Made by a program: the position numbers and the translations under genes. This document shows, one piece after another, positions 13,090-28,770 of a DNA stretch of 45,890 nt. Source of the stretch: Prasinococcaceae sp. CCMP 1430 (lineage: Eukaryota; Plantae; Prasinodermophyta); NCBI GenBank assembly GCA_013416795.1, contig RQSC01000722.1, positions 1-45,890 of the forward strand. The letters are read 5' to 3'. The notes under the pieces are model-generated. The model had not been told where the DNA came from and ran no database searches. It worked only from the letters and a program-made list of their open reading frames with translations. Position 1 is the first letter of the stretch. Every line of letters starts with the position of its first letter.

Positions 13090-13124
<35 letters not shown>

Positions 13125-13246
13125 GCACACGCACGCACGCACGCGCATCGGCGCGCGCACGCCCATCGCAGCGCGTGGCGAGGGGCCCTCCACGTCGGCA
13201 CGTTATCCAAAGCGCTCACCTCCTTCAATATACTGTGTAAAAGTAG

Positions 13247-13404
13247 TATAAAACCACCCACGGCGTAGCTAGCCGCTGCACACACGTTTCAATGCGTCGT
13301 CACCATCGTCAGGCGTCAGCATCGCTCGCGCGTGTTCAACTGTTTGCAATCACACCATCGACGCGTTAAAACCTATGTATAAATTACCCACGGCGTAGCC
13401 CCTA
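13247..13404. repeat. Two copies of a ~26-bp motif TATAAA-(A/T)(C/T)-(C)ACCCACGGCGTAGC-(CC)TAG
   Basis: tataaaaccacccacggcgtagctag at 13247-13272 and tataaattacccacggcgtagccctag at 13378-13404; the surrounding sequences are unrelated. Confidence 0.7.
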
Positions 13405-13620
13405 GTGGGCATGTGACAGTGTGTGCACGTGCGTGCGTGTGCAGCGTGTCGCGTGCCTGCTCTGACGCCGACTGAGCGTCGCCCTCTGCTGCGTGGCCGG
13501 CGAGGCGAGCGCCGGCTCCGCCGCGCGCTCGGAGCGCAAGCCTGCGCGTGCGCGCGTGCGTGCAATCGGGTGCGCGCGCGAACGCCCTTCGCGCGCGCGC
13601 GCGCGCGTGCACGCCAGGGC

Positions 13621-14434
13621 CTACTGGTACCTGTAGAAGGTGTTCGCGGGCGCCGCCGGGTAGTACTGGGCGACCTGCGGCTGCGTGTAGACGACCTGCG
13701 CCTGCGGCTGCGCGTACACGACCTGCGGCTGCTGCACGACGACGCGCGGCTGCTGCACGACCACCGGCGCGGGCTGCGCGTACGCCACCTGCTGCACCGC
13801 CGGGCGGTACACCTGCTGCTGCACGGGCTGCTGGTAGACGGGCGCGGGCGCGGGCGCGCGCGGCGCGACGGCCTGCGCCTGCGGCACGGCCACGCGCACC
13901 TGCTGCGGCCGCGCGGCCTCCGCCTGTCAGATGCGCGCGCGAGCGAGCGAGCGCGCACAGCGACGCGAACGCACACACGCGCGCCCGCAAAGACACACAC
14001 ACACGCGCGCACACACATGCATGCACACTCATGCACGCACATACACACACATACACACGCACACACACGCGCACGAGCACGCGCACACACGCGCATGCGC
14101 GCACACACACGCACGCACGCACGCTACCCCCCCCACACACACAACGCAACGCACCTGCGGCTGCGCGACGGGCGCCTGCTGCGGCGGCGCCTGCGGCTGC
14201 TGCGCCTGCTCGGCGGTGAACATCATCGCCAGGCGCAGCTCGCCCGCCGACTTGCCCTTGGTGGAGATGATGGGCTGCGGCGTGTTGTCGTGGCCGTCGT
14301 TGAGCACCTGCAGGGATCGAGCGCGTGCGCGCGTGCGTGTGCGCGCGCGAGAGAGTGTGTGTGTGTGTGTGTGTGTGTGCATATGTGTGTGTGTGCGTGT
14401 GTGTGCGTGTGTGTGCGTGTGTGTGCGTGTGTGC

Positions 14435-14479
<45 letters not shown>

Positions 14480-15230
14480 TGCGTGCGCGAGCGCCGGCGT
14501 GCCAGCGCACTTGGGTGTGAGCGCGTGCGCGTGCGCACAGGCGACCACGCGCAGCCCTGGGCCGCACGTCCTCGCGCGTGCATGTGTGTGCGCGCGCGTG
14601 CGTGTGCATGTGTGTGTGCGCGTGTGTGTGCGCATGTGAGCGTCCGCGCCGCCCACCTTAACGAGCGGAATGCGCACGCTGCCGAGGCAGTCGTTCTGCC
14701 TGAGCGAGTTGGAGTTCCACACGGCGGCGACGAGCTCGCGGTGCTGAGGGCCAACCTGTGCAATGGTGCGCGTGCGCGTGCGCGTGTGCGCGTGCGTACG
14801 CGCGTGCGTACGCGCGTGCGTACGCGCGTGCGTACGCGCGTGCGTACGCGTGCGCGAGTTTCCCGCGCGACGCGGCGATGCGCTACGTCAGCGCGCTGAC
14901 GCCCCGTACTGCGAAGGGGGGCGACGCCGCGCAGCGCGGCCCACGCGCGTGCGCGCATGCGCGCTTAATGTGTGTGTGTGTGTGTGTGTGTACTTGTTTG
15001 TGTGTGTGTGTGTGTGTGTGTACTTGTGTGTGTGCGCGCCCGCGCGCGCGCACCTGGAACTGGAAGCGCTCGTTCCACACGGGCTTGGTGCCGCCGTCGC
15101 TGGCCGTCGTCGTGCGGTAGCTCTGGTTGCCCAGCTGCAGCTTGCAGTAGGGGTCCTGCTTGCCCACCCACTGCTTGTCGACGAGGCCGTTCGCCGAGAG
15201 CACGTGCACCTCCAGCAGGCCGCGCACCAT
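13621..15230 (-). CDS. C2-domain protein with Pro/Gln/Val/Tyr-rich tail (SRC2/elicitor-responsive-like)
   Basis: Exons 15230-15054, 14755-14657, 14307-14155 and 13923-13621, all phase 0. C2 motifs [12 protein letters not shown]...[11 protein letters not shown]...[13 protein letters not shown]...[11 protein letters not shown]...GELRLAMMF. Confidence 0.85.
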
Positions 15231-15314
15231 GGCGGCCGGCCGCGCGGGGACGGGGGGGGAGGGGCGTCACCTCACCCGCGGCGAGTGGCCGCGTGCGCGT
15301 GCGCTCCACGCGCG

Positions 15315-15378
<64 letters not shown>

Positions 15379-16308
15379 CACACACACGCACACACACACG
15401 CACGCGCATACACGCACGCGCATGCACACACACGCACACACACTCACGCACATGCACGCGGGCGCGCAGGGGCGGAAGCTGCCCCGCCCGCGCGCGCGCA
15501 CGCGCGCTACGGGAGAGCGGTTGCGCTTCGGGGAACGCGCTCAACTTTTCACACCTCAATTTCCACTTACTTTCATGTACAATGACCTAATATCACGGTA
15601 ATTCAAGCCACCCAAATCCAAATCCGGTTCGGTGCTGTGTGGACAAAATACGCGCTTCAAATTAGTACTTTTTGCACCTTAAACTATGTGATATCGCGGT
15701 AGTGTACGCGCTCGAAATCTCAGTACATCATTTGTTCCGCCTTGCGGATTCCTCCCAGGCTAGGAGGAACACGCGCGGCGCTTCCCCTTCATATGCTTTA
15801 CAAACCCTGTATAAAAAACCTTAAACCCTGCGTGTCCGCCTCCCAGATGACCTGGATTTCCTCATCAAATAACACGTAACAATCACGGAGTGTTACACGC
15901 TACATGTGTCTGCAGTATTGTACCCCGCATGCGAAAGCAGTATCAAATGCCATTACATACCTAAACCCTACAATGGTTTGTACCCTTATTCCGCGCGATA
16001 TTCGAACGCGGCGCCGCCCCGCGGGGCCGAAATCAAAACGCGCGCGTGTGTGCGTGCGCGTGTGCGTGTGCGTGTGTGTGCGTGTGTGTGTGCGTGTGTG
16101 TGTGTGTGCGTGTGCGTGCGTGTGTGTGTGTGTGTGCGTGTGTGTGTGGAGCGATCCACGCCGGTGCCTTCGCACGCCCACGCACTGACGTGCGCGCGCG
16201 AGGCCGCCGGCGTGCGCGCGCGCACGCTGGCGCCACACACGCGCGCGCGCGCAGACACGCGCGCGCACGCACGCGCGCACGCGCACGCGCGCACGCTCCG
16301 CAGCCGCC

Positions 16309-16702
16309 ATGTCGGACAGCTCCTCCATGGCGACGGAGAGTGACGACGACGCCGGCGCCGAGGTCGCCTCCTTCGNNNNNNNNNNNNNNNNNNNNNNNNN
16401 NNNNNNNNNNNNNNNNNNNNNNNNNNNNNNNNNNNNNNNNNNNNNNNNNNNNNNNNNNNNNNNNNNNGCCGACGCGGCGCCCGCCGGCGGCGCGGCGGAC
16501 TTCGCGCCGGCGGACTACGCCGACGTGCAGCCGCTGCCCGCCGACAGCCTCGCGTGGGGGCTGCCGGCCTTCCCGGGCGTGCGCTCGGGGGAGTTCCTGT
16601 CGTCGCTCGCGCGCGCCTGCGACGAGAACAAGAAGAAGGTGAGCGCGCGCGCGCGCGCGTGTGTGTGTGTGTCTGCGCGCGCGTGTGTGTGTTTGCGTGT
16701 GC

Positions 16703-16735
<33 letters not shown>

Positions 16736-16837
16736 GACGAGAGTGAGAGTGCCCGTGGCTTGCATAGAGCTGACGATCAAGCACGCGCACGCACGCAACC
16801 GATCGCGTACACACACACACATACACACACACACATG

Positions 16838-16878
<41 letters not shown>

Positions 16879-17606
16879 CGCACACGCACGCAGTGGGCGA
16901 GCCTGACCTTCACCGGCCCGTCGATCAGCCGCAACTACCCCGGCCTGCTGGAGTGCTTCCCGTGCTCCAACCCGGTGTGCACGCGCGTGTCGTACGGCAG
17001 GTCCAACTCGGTGGGCGGCTCGCCCGGGGCGGGCGGCAAGATGGTGTGTACACCCTTCTCGTTGTTTGCGCATGTGCGCGCGCGGGCGTGTGTGTGTGAT
17101 TTCGTGTGTGTGCGTGTGTGCGTGTGTGTGTGTTTTCGTGTGTGTGAGTATGTTTGTTTGTGTGAGCATGTTTGTGTGCGCGTGTGTGTGTGTGTGCACT
17201 CGTGCGTGCGTGTGTGCGTGTGTATGCACGCATGCGTGCGTGTGTGGCACGTGTGCGTGGACGTGCGCGCGCTCCTTCGCGCGCCCATCCGCGTCCGCTG
17301 CTCGCGCGCCCGCGTTTCCTGACGCGCCCCCGCGCGCTCTCCCGCAGTTCTGCCTGCTGCGCTTCATGCTCGACCCCGAGCACGTGGGGCCCGTGCACAC
17401 GCTCGACACGGCGCTCGACAAGATCGAGTATGGCAAGCAGGTGCGCGCCCTGGTGAAGGGCTGGATCGAGTCGTTCGAGGCCAAGCGCGTGGTGCAGGGC
17501 TGGGGGGACAGCACGCCGCTCGACGAGCTCGGGGTGATGAAGCACCTCGCGGAGGTCGCCAAGGACGGCGACTGCGCCGCGCTCAAGGTGCGTATGTTTG
17601 TGTATG

Positions 17607-17664
<58 letters not shown>

Positions 17665-18969
17665 TTCTTGTGTGTATGCGCTCACGCCCGCGTGCTGACA
17701 CACTCACGCGCGGCTGCATTCGCCCGCGCACGCGCACACATGTGCGCAACACACACACGCGTGCACACACACGCCCACGCACGCGCACGCACACAAACAA
17801 ACGCGTACACACGCGCGCGCGCCCACCACCAGGCCGACGTCAAGTCCCGCCTGGCGCGCGCCGCCGCGGAGGGCGCGGGCGGCAAGGTGTTCGACGTGCA
17901 CGACCCGGAGAGCCTGGACGAGCTCATGGAGGAGTGCGTGTCGGGCCGGTCGAGCTGGGCGCACCTGGGGCACATCGGCCCCGCCATCAACAACTCCTTC
18001 CGCAGCGTGCTCGAGTGCTTCCCCTGCTCGGACCCCAAGTGCATGAAGGCCAAGCTCAAGGGCGGCGGCAAGATGTTCTGCCTGCTGCGCTTCATCCTCG
18101 ACCCGGGCCACGTGATGCCCGCCATCCGCCGCAAGTCGGTCCTCCGCTGCTTCAAGTACGGCAAGGAGATCCAGCGCTTCGCGGGGCTCTACGTCAAGAC
18201 GTTCGAGCAGAAGCGCACCGCGCACAACTGGGGGACGCTCAGGGTGGACCAGATGGGCGTGCTGCGCGCGCTCGAGAGGGTCGCCAACAAGGTGCGCGCG
18301 CGCGCGGTTGTGTGCGTGTGTGTGTGCGTGTGTGTGCGTGTGTGTGCGTGTGCGTGTGTGTGCGTGTGTGTGTGTGTGTGTGTTTAATCACGTGTGTGTG
18401 TTTGTTCACGTGTGCGTGTATGCGTGTGTGTGTGGGTGGGTGCGTGGCGCACCTGGCGTAGCGCGCCGAGACGCGCCTGTGCGGACGCGCACTCACACAC
18501 ACAGACGCATTCGCACGCACGCACACACGCGCGCACCCTTCGCGCGCGCGAACGCGCCCACAGGGCAACATCCAGGACCTGCTCGACGGCAAGCCCATGC
18601 CCGGCGGCGCCGTGCCCCCCGAGGAGGACGCGGCGGAGGGCGACGACGCGGGCGCGAACGGCGCCGCCCCCGCCGTCAACGGCGGCGGAGGGGAGGCGGC
18701 GGCGGCGGCGGCGGGGGTGAGGGCGATGGCCGGCGCAGGTGCGGGCGCACGCGTGTGTGTTTGCGTGTGTGTGTGTGTGTGTGTATTCAGGAGCAATTGC
18801 GCCTCTGCGTATGCCCGAGCCCCGTGGCTGACACTTGCGTTCTATGCCTACACACACGCACACACATAAAAACGCACACACACGCCTGCGCGCACACACG
18901 CACACGCGCGCACGCAGTGGTGCCCGCGTCCGGCCGCACGCGCGTGCCGCCCGCGGGCGCCCCCACGCG

Positions 18970-19019
<50 letters not shown>

Positions 19020-19033
19020 ACACACACACACAC

Positions 19034-19084
<51 letters not shown>

Positions 19085-19221
19085 GCACACTTCACGCACG
19101 CACACACACACACACGCACACACACACACTCACACTCACACACACACTCACTCACTCGCGCACAGAGAGACATGCGCGAGGCGTGTCTCATCTCTCAGCG
19201 AGAGGCCGATCGAGCGCGTTG

Positions 19222-19266
<45 letters not shown>

Positions 19267-19530
19267 CGTGTGTGTGTGTGTGTGTGTGTGAACGTGCGTG
19301 TGTGTGTGTGTGTGAACGTGCGTGCGTGTGTGTGTGCGCGTGCGTGTGTGTGCGAGCGCGTGTGTGCGTGCGCGCGCTCGCGGACGTACTCGAGCGCGTG
19401 CGTTACAGCGCCGCCGCGATGTCCGCGCCCGCGCCCTGCGCGCGCTCCGCGCGCGAGAGCGTCGCGCCGCGTATTCGGTCCGCGGCCTGAAGCTGCGAGA
19501 GAAGAGGGGCGCGTCCGTGTGTGCACACGC

Positions 19531-19620
<90 letters not shown>

Positions 19621-19634
19621 NNNNNNNNNNNNNN

Positions 19635-19719
<85 letters not shown>

Positions 19720-19760
19720 TGTGCGTGCGTGTGTGCGTGTGTGTGTGTGTGTGTGTGCGT

Positions 19761-19794
<34 letters not shown>

Positions 19795-19964
19795 TTGTGT
19801 GTGTGTTTGTGTGTGTTCGTGTGCGCGGGCTCTCAGCTGACGCCTCCGCGCCTTCGCGTGTGCCGCAGGTTGCGACGGCCGCCGACGTCGCCGCCGTCGG
19901 CGCGCGCCTCGACCGCGTGGAGGCGCTCCTCAAGGAGCTCGTCGAGAAGGTCGACAGGCAATGA
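16309..19964 (+). CDS. Hypothetical protein with two tandem copies of an unrecognised ~120-aa Cys/His-containing domain and a C-terminal coiled coil
   Basis: Exons 16309-16638 (contains an N gap), 16894-17043, 17348-17587, 17833-18291, 18564-18716, possibly 19409-19516, and 19869-19964; phase-0 GT-AG junctions join cleanly. Both copies contain LECFPCSxPxC and [17 protein letters not shown]. Confidence 0.75.
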
Positions 19965-20365
19965 GGCGAGCGCGCGAGCGCGTGTGCGCGTGTGCGCGTG
20001 TGCGTGTGCGCACGCCTGTGAACACCACGCCCACTTTTATGAAAGAAAAGGCCCACCCGAACCGCGAGTGAGTGCGTGCCTGCGTGTGTGTGTGTGTATG
20101 TGTGTGTGTGTGTGTGTGTGTCTACCTCTCCCGTTGCTCGTCCACACACGTGCCGTTCGCGACCCACTAAAACACATGAGATGGGCTGTAGGCGAGTAGG
20201 CGAGTGTAGGTGACCCTGCGCGTGTGTGCAGGTGCGTGCGCGCGCGCGTGCGTGCATGCGTGCGTGTGCGTGTGTGCACGCACAGCACACACACGCACAT
20301 GTTCGTGTACACACACGCCCACACACACGCACACTACACACTGCTGCGCATGTGCCTCAGTCGGC

Positions 20366-21194
20366 CTACTCCGCGGGCGCCGGCCCGGGCGAGGGCGCGG
20401 GCTCGGGCTCGGCACCCTCGACAGTGAACGCGACCTGCGTGCACGTGTGTGTGCAGCGACGTGTGTGTGAGCACAGGTGCACGTGTGTGTGTGTGTATGT
20501 GTGGGAGCGATGGCGGGTGTGCTTGCAGAGCATCGAGTGTGTGCGTGCGCAGACACATGCACGAGCACACGCACACGCACAAACACACACACACATACAC
20601 ACACAAACGTCACGCATGCACACACGCACCTTCATGCCCGCCTCGCAGTGCGTGCCCACCGTGCAGGCCAGCCAGTACGTGACGCCTCCCTCGAGCTCGA
20701 GCGTCACGGAGGCCGGCCCGACGCCGGAGATCTCGGTGGCGACGGAGGTGTCGCACGCGTCGAAGGACGCCGCCTGCGGGTGGCAGTGTGTGCGTGTGTG
20801 TGATCGTGTGTGTGTGTGTGTGTGTGTGTCCGTGCGGGTGTGTGTGCGGGGGCGTTGAGAGGAGCAGGCAGAGATATCAGCGCGCGAGAGGAGCGCAGGC
20901 GCATGCTCAGAACTACACACACACAAACGCACACACGCGCGCCTTGGCACGCACGTCCGGGAAGGACCACAGGTTGTGCGCGCCGTCGAAGACGAAGGTG
21001 CCGGTCTCCCCCGCCACGATGGGCGCCGCGGCGTCCACGATGGGCTGGCAGAGCTCCCCGAAGCACTCGAAGCCCCACGGCTCGATGGTGAAGCTGGCGC
21101 CGCGCGCGCCCGGCGCCGAGGAGAGCGCGGCGAGCGCGGCCAACGCCGCCGCGGCCGATGCCGCGCGGGAGATGGGGGAGGCGGAGGCGGGCAT
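20366..21194 (-). CDS. Plantacyanin/phytocyanin-like blue copper protein with signal peptide and Pro-rich tail
   Basis: Exons 21194-20955, 20773-20630 and 20434-20366. Hydrophobic N-terminus, AHNLW His, FDAC Cys, and YWLACTVGTHCEAGMK (C-x4-H-x4-M type-1 copper loop plus the disulfide Cys). Confidence 0.85.
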
Positions 21195-21209
21195 GGCGGG
21201 GTGTGTGTG

Positions 21210-21240
<31 letters not shown>

Positions 21241-21591
21241 TCGTGTGTGTGTGTGTGCGTGTGCGCGTGTGGCGCCGCCGCGCGCATACGCCCGCACGCC
21301 AAGCGCGCACAATTTTCCGGCGGCGCCGTCGACATTATTCGCGCGCGTACGCTGCTGCGCTGTGCGCGAATGCGAACATTCTTAACTAATAACTGTCGAT
21401 GCAGCGCGGCGGCAGCGTTGACTTGCGCGCACGGCCCGCACACACGTGTTTGCATGCCCGCACGTTGTTGCACGCAGAGTCAGGGGCGCACACGCACAGT
21501 TGCACACACGCGCGCGCCTGCTGCACACACACACGCACACACACACACACACACACGCACTCACACAAGCACGTACACACACACACACACA

Positions 21592-21670
<79 letters not shown>

Positions 21671-21878
21671 GGCCACGCACGCACAAAAGTTGGGAGAACG
21701 CGGCTGCTCAATAACGAAGTGGGGAGTATCTCCGATACGCTCCAGTCAACGGGACCTCCTAGGGATCGTGTGAGTCCCACGCCGTCCTAAAAAGCTTTTG
21801 GGAAGGTGCTGAGGGACGCGCATGTGCACATGCATGCATGCATGCATGATCATGTGCGTGTGTGTGTGTGTGCGCGCG

Positions 21879-21951
<73 letters not shown>

Positions 21952-22358
21952 GCGTAGGTGTACAAGGACGGGTACCTGTGTGCATGCCTGTGCATGAGTG
22001 TGCACGTGTGTGATTGTGCGGCACGGTTGTTGGTGTGCATGGTGTTGGCGTGCGTGCGTGCGTATGCCTATGAAGGCACGCGCGTGTGTGCGTGCGTACT
22101 TCACGTACTTGGTACCTAGCTCGTGTTCACACTATACATGGGGACGGTTACATGTGTGCATGTGCTTATGCGTGTGCATGTGTGTGCTTGTGTACACGTG
22201 TGCGGATGTGCATGTTTGCATGTGCGCGTGTGTGTACGCGTGTACGCGTGTACGACCTGTGCGTGTACGCGTGTGTACGCGTGTCCGCGCGCGTGCGCTC
22301 GCTCGTTCTCTCCGTCTCTCTGGCACGTATGCGTGCGTGTGCACGCACGTCGAGGCTC

Positions 22359-25065
<2,707 letters not shown>

Positions 25066-25228
25066 GGTGCGTTTGGCACGCGCGCACGCGCGCGCGCGCG
25101 TGTGTGTGTGTGTACACTCAGACGCGCGCGCCCGCGCGCCTGCGGCCAAGGCCCTGTCGGATGGGCGCGGTGTGGCGAAGCGCGCGCGATGCGCGTAACA
25201 TCTGACACACACGCACACGCACACACGC

Positions 25229-25287
<59 letters not shown>

Positions 25288-25625
25288 CAAACACACACAC
25301 ACACATGCACACACACGCACATGCACACACGCGCTTCTTCGCGCCCACACACGTGTGGCGAAGCGCAGCCGTCGCGTGGCTTGATTGAAGGTTTGATCCA
25401 TCCGCGCGACGGGAAAATGCACACACGTCAAAACGCACGCCAAAAAAGGCCGCACACACACGTCCATGTGCTCCAGCAGATCGCCTCGTGCATCCTCGAA
25501 CCGGGTCTGCCGCGAGACGAAGCGCGTTTCGCAACTCCAAAAAACCGGATCTTCGCAAGTGGTTCCCGGAGTAATGAGCAAAAAGCCAAAAGGGGACCCA
25601 ACTTCAGCAGAACTTCTGGAGACAT

Positions 25626-25845
25626 ACTGTAGTCTAGAGTACTAGTCCTAGTGTAGACTAGCTAGTACTAGTACTAGTCTACTGTAGTGGTCTACTGTGC
25701 AGTGTCTAGCTAGACTTGACTAGTCTACTGTAGTCCCCTACAGTAGGACTACTGGACAGTACAGTACTGTAGTCACTAGTCTACAGTAGTACTAGACTAG
25801 ACTAGTCTAGTCTAGTCTACGTACTGTACTGTTACTATTGTAGGG
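25626..25845. repeat. CTAG/GTAC/CTAC-rich palindromic low-complexity patch
   Basis: Perfect palindromes at 25662-25677 (16 bp), 25704-25715 (12 bp), 25760-25771 (12 bp) and 25791-25816 (26 bp); direct repeat ACTAGTCTACTGTAGT near 25673 and 25720. Confidence 0.9.
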
Positions 25846-26023
25846 TGTAACATTGATGTCGCGATGCACTCGCAGACGCAGCACGCATCTGTGCCTTTGT
25901 AGGAGAGCTGGACCTTTCGAAGTGTACACGTGCGTGTGCCCACGCGTGCTTTACGGCGTGCTGCTGCAGACATCGCGCGCGAGAGGGCGCGAGAGGGCGC
26001 GAGGCTCGCGTGCGTGCGCGCGC

Positions 26024-27785
26024 TCACTTCTTCTTGGCGGCCTTGGGCTTCTTGACGGCGCCCTTCTTGGGGCCCTTGAGCGCCTTGGGCGCGCCGCGCT
26101 TGGCGGGCGGCTCCTCGACCTCGTCGTCGGGCGCGGTGTACACCTGCGCGCGCGGGGATGCGTGGAGGGTGTGCGCGCGTGCGCATGCGTGTGCGTGCGT
26201 GGACGACACCGATAGTGTGCGTGTGCGCGCGCATGTGTGCGCGTTAGGCCGCGCGCGTGCGATCGACGACTCCGCACGCTCGCGCAAGCGCGCGAACGTC
26301 CCCGCGCGCTCGCACCTTGAACTCCTTCTCGAGGAGCTTGACGTCCTCCGGGTTGGACGTGTCCACGAGCGCGAGCGTGTGGCCCGCGCCGCACGCCGTC
26401 TGCAGCGTGGTGTAGCCGTCGAGCGCGTCGACGATCTTCGGGTTGGCGCTCGACTTCTTCGCCTCGCCGAAGCCCAGCTCGCCGTACAGCGCCGTGCCCC
26501 AGTTGACCACCTGCGCAGGCGGGGGCAGACACGCGCGGGGGCGCGCACGTGCAAGCGGATGCGCGAGCCTGCGTGAGCCGACGGCCGGGACGCGCGCCCG
26601 CGAGGCACGCGCACCCACTCGCACGCGGACTCGCACGCACGCGCGCGTGCACACGCAAACACACGCACAAACGCGCGCGAGCGAACACACACGCGCGCGC
26701 ACACGCAAGCACACGCACCTTGAACTCCGAGGCGATGGAGGTGGTCACCCCGCCGCACGCCGCCGAGCGCAGCTGCCAGCCGCTGAGGTCGTACATGGGC
26801 TTGGGGTACATCCAGTTGTCGCCGGTCACCTTGATCTTGCCCCACATGAAGAGCTGGCCCTGCGGGGCGCGGACGCGGCGCGCCGCGCCGACGTGCGTGT
26901 GTGGGCGTTTGTGTGCGCAGGCGCAGGCGCGTGTGTGTTCGCGGAGGCAATTGCCGAGGGAATCGCCTGCGTGTCAGCACGCGCGTGTATCGCCGCGCAC
27001 ACACGCACGAACGTACACACACAGACACACGCGCACACACAAGCACCTGCACACACGCAAGCGCGCCCCCTCACACGCACAGCCACGTGCGCCAGCTCGC
27101 GCGCCTCGCACCTGCACGCCGCACGCGAGCGACATGGTGGCGCCCGCGGCGATGATGGCGGGCGTGTCCGTGGGGATGGCGTTGCGCTCCGAGAAGAAGG
27201 CGATGCGCTTCGGCTCGAGCTCGTCCTTCTGCACGTTGTGGCCCAGGCGGCCGTAGCCGCCGTCGCCCCACGACCACAGGCCGCCGGACTCGTCGGCGGC
27301 GAGCGAGTGGTGCACGCCGCACGTGATGGCGCGGACCTTGAGGGATGGGCGGGCGTGCGTGTGTGTGCGTGTGTGCGTGTGTGTGTGAGGTCGTGTGTGC
27401 GTCAGTGAAAGCGCACGCGTGCATTTCCTGTCTCTTTGTCGCACCTGAGGGCGCGCGTGCCACGCGATGGCAGGCGCGGATACAGACACGCGGAGACAAG
27501 CACAGACACGCACAGACACGCACACACACACACAAACATGCACACACACACACGCATACGCGCACGCACTCACCTTGACGCTGGCGATCGGCCCGTGCAC
27601 GGGCGCGGGCCGCGGGTGCGGCTCGAAGGCGATCTTGATGCTCGCGGCGCTCGTGTTGTAGTCGCCCTCGGTGCCGTTGCCCAGCTGGCCGTGCTGCGGC
27701 ATGCCGCACGCGTACACCGAGCCTGCGGGGCGGGAAGGCGAGCTCGCCGTGTCAGGGCCTCGTCGGCGTGTGTGTGTGTGTGTGT

Positions 27786-27844
<59 letters not shown>

Positions 27845-28164
27845 CGGGAGAGAAGGGAGCGGAGGGGGGGCGAGGGCGCTTACAAACACGCAGGCACGCA
27901 CACACGAACACACGCGCCCGCAGACGTATCTATTCGCGCAATCACACGCCACCCAGCACACACAGCACACGCGCGCGCGCGCACACACGCACGAGCACGC
28001 GCGTGCGCGCTGCCCCGCACCTCCCGCGAGCATGACGGTGAACTCGGCACCGCACGACACCGCCGACACGTTGGCGAGCGCCGCCTTGGCGGGGGTGCTC
28101 ACGCGCGGCTCGGGCACCTGGGTGCATGCATGCGTGTGTGTGTGTGTGTGTGTATGTGTGTGCG

Positions 28165-28216
<52 letters not shown>

Positions 28217-28610
28217 TGCGTGTGCATGCGTGCGTGTGTGCGTAAGCGCGCGAGCGATAAAACGCATACCTGTGTGTGCGCGTGTGTTTGCGCACATAGA
28301 CAGATGCAACTGCGTGCACGTGTGCATGTGCTTGCGTGTGCCTGCGCTCACACGCACACACACACACACGCACACGCACGACCGTGTACAGCGCACGCAC
28401 CTTCTTGGTGGCCCCGCCCGTGCCGTGCCCGAGCTGCCCGTAGTTGTCCGCGCCCCACGTGTAGAGCTCGCCGGCGTCGGTGACGCACGCGGTGTGGTGC
28501 TTGCCGCACGCGCCGCTCGCCGCGCGCGCGCCGCCGGGCAGCGCGACCTCGCACGGCGCGTTCCGGTCCATCGTGTCGCCGAGGCCCAGCTGGCTCGCCT
28601 GAGGTAAACG

Positions 28611-28655
<45 letters not shown>

Positions 28656-28699
28656 GTGTGTGTGTGTGTGNNNNNNNNNNNNNNNNNNNNNNNNNNNNN

Positions 28700-28770
<71 letters not shown>

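Noticed and set aside
25626-25845. CRISPR array or tRNA/ncRNA in the palindromic patch
   Set aside because: No regular repeat-spacer periodicity, no cas genes, eukaryotic context, no cloverleaf or T-loop motif.
26316-26727. Identical exon ends GAGTTCAAG|GTGCG in two consecutive RCC2 exons as an exon duplication
   Set aside because: The match is only about 14 nt including the donor consensus; the exons encode different, collinear RCC2 segments.
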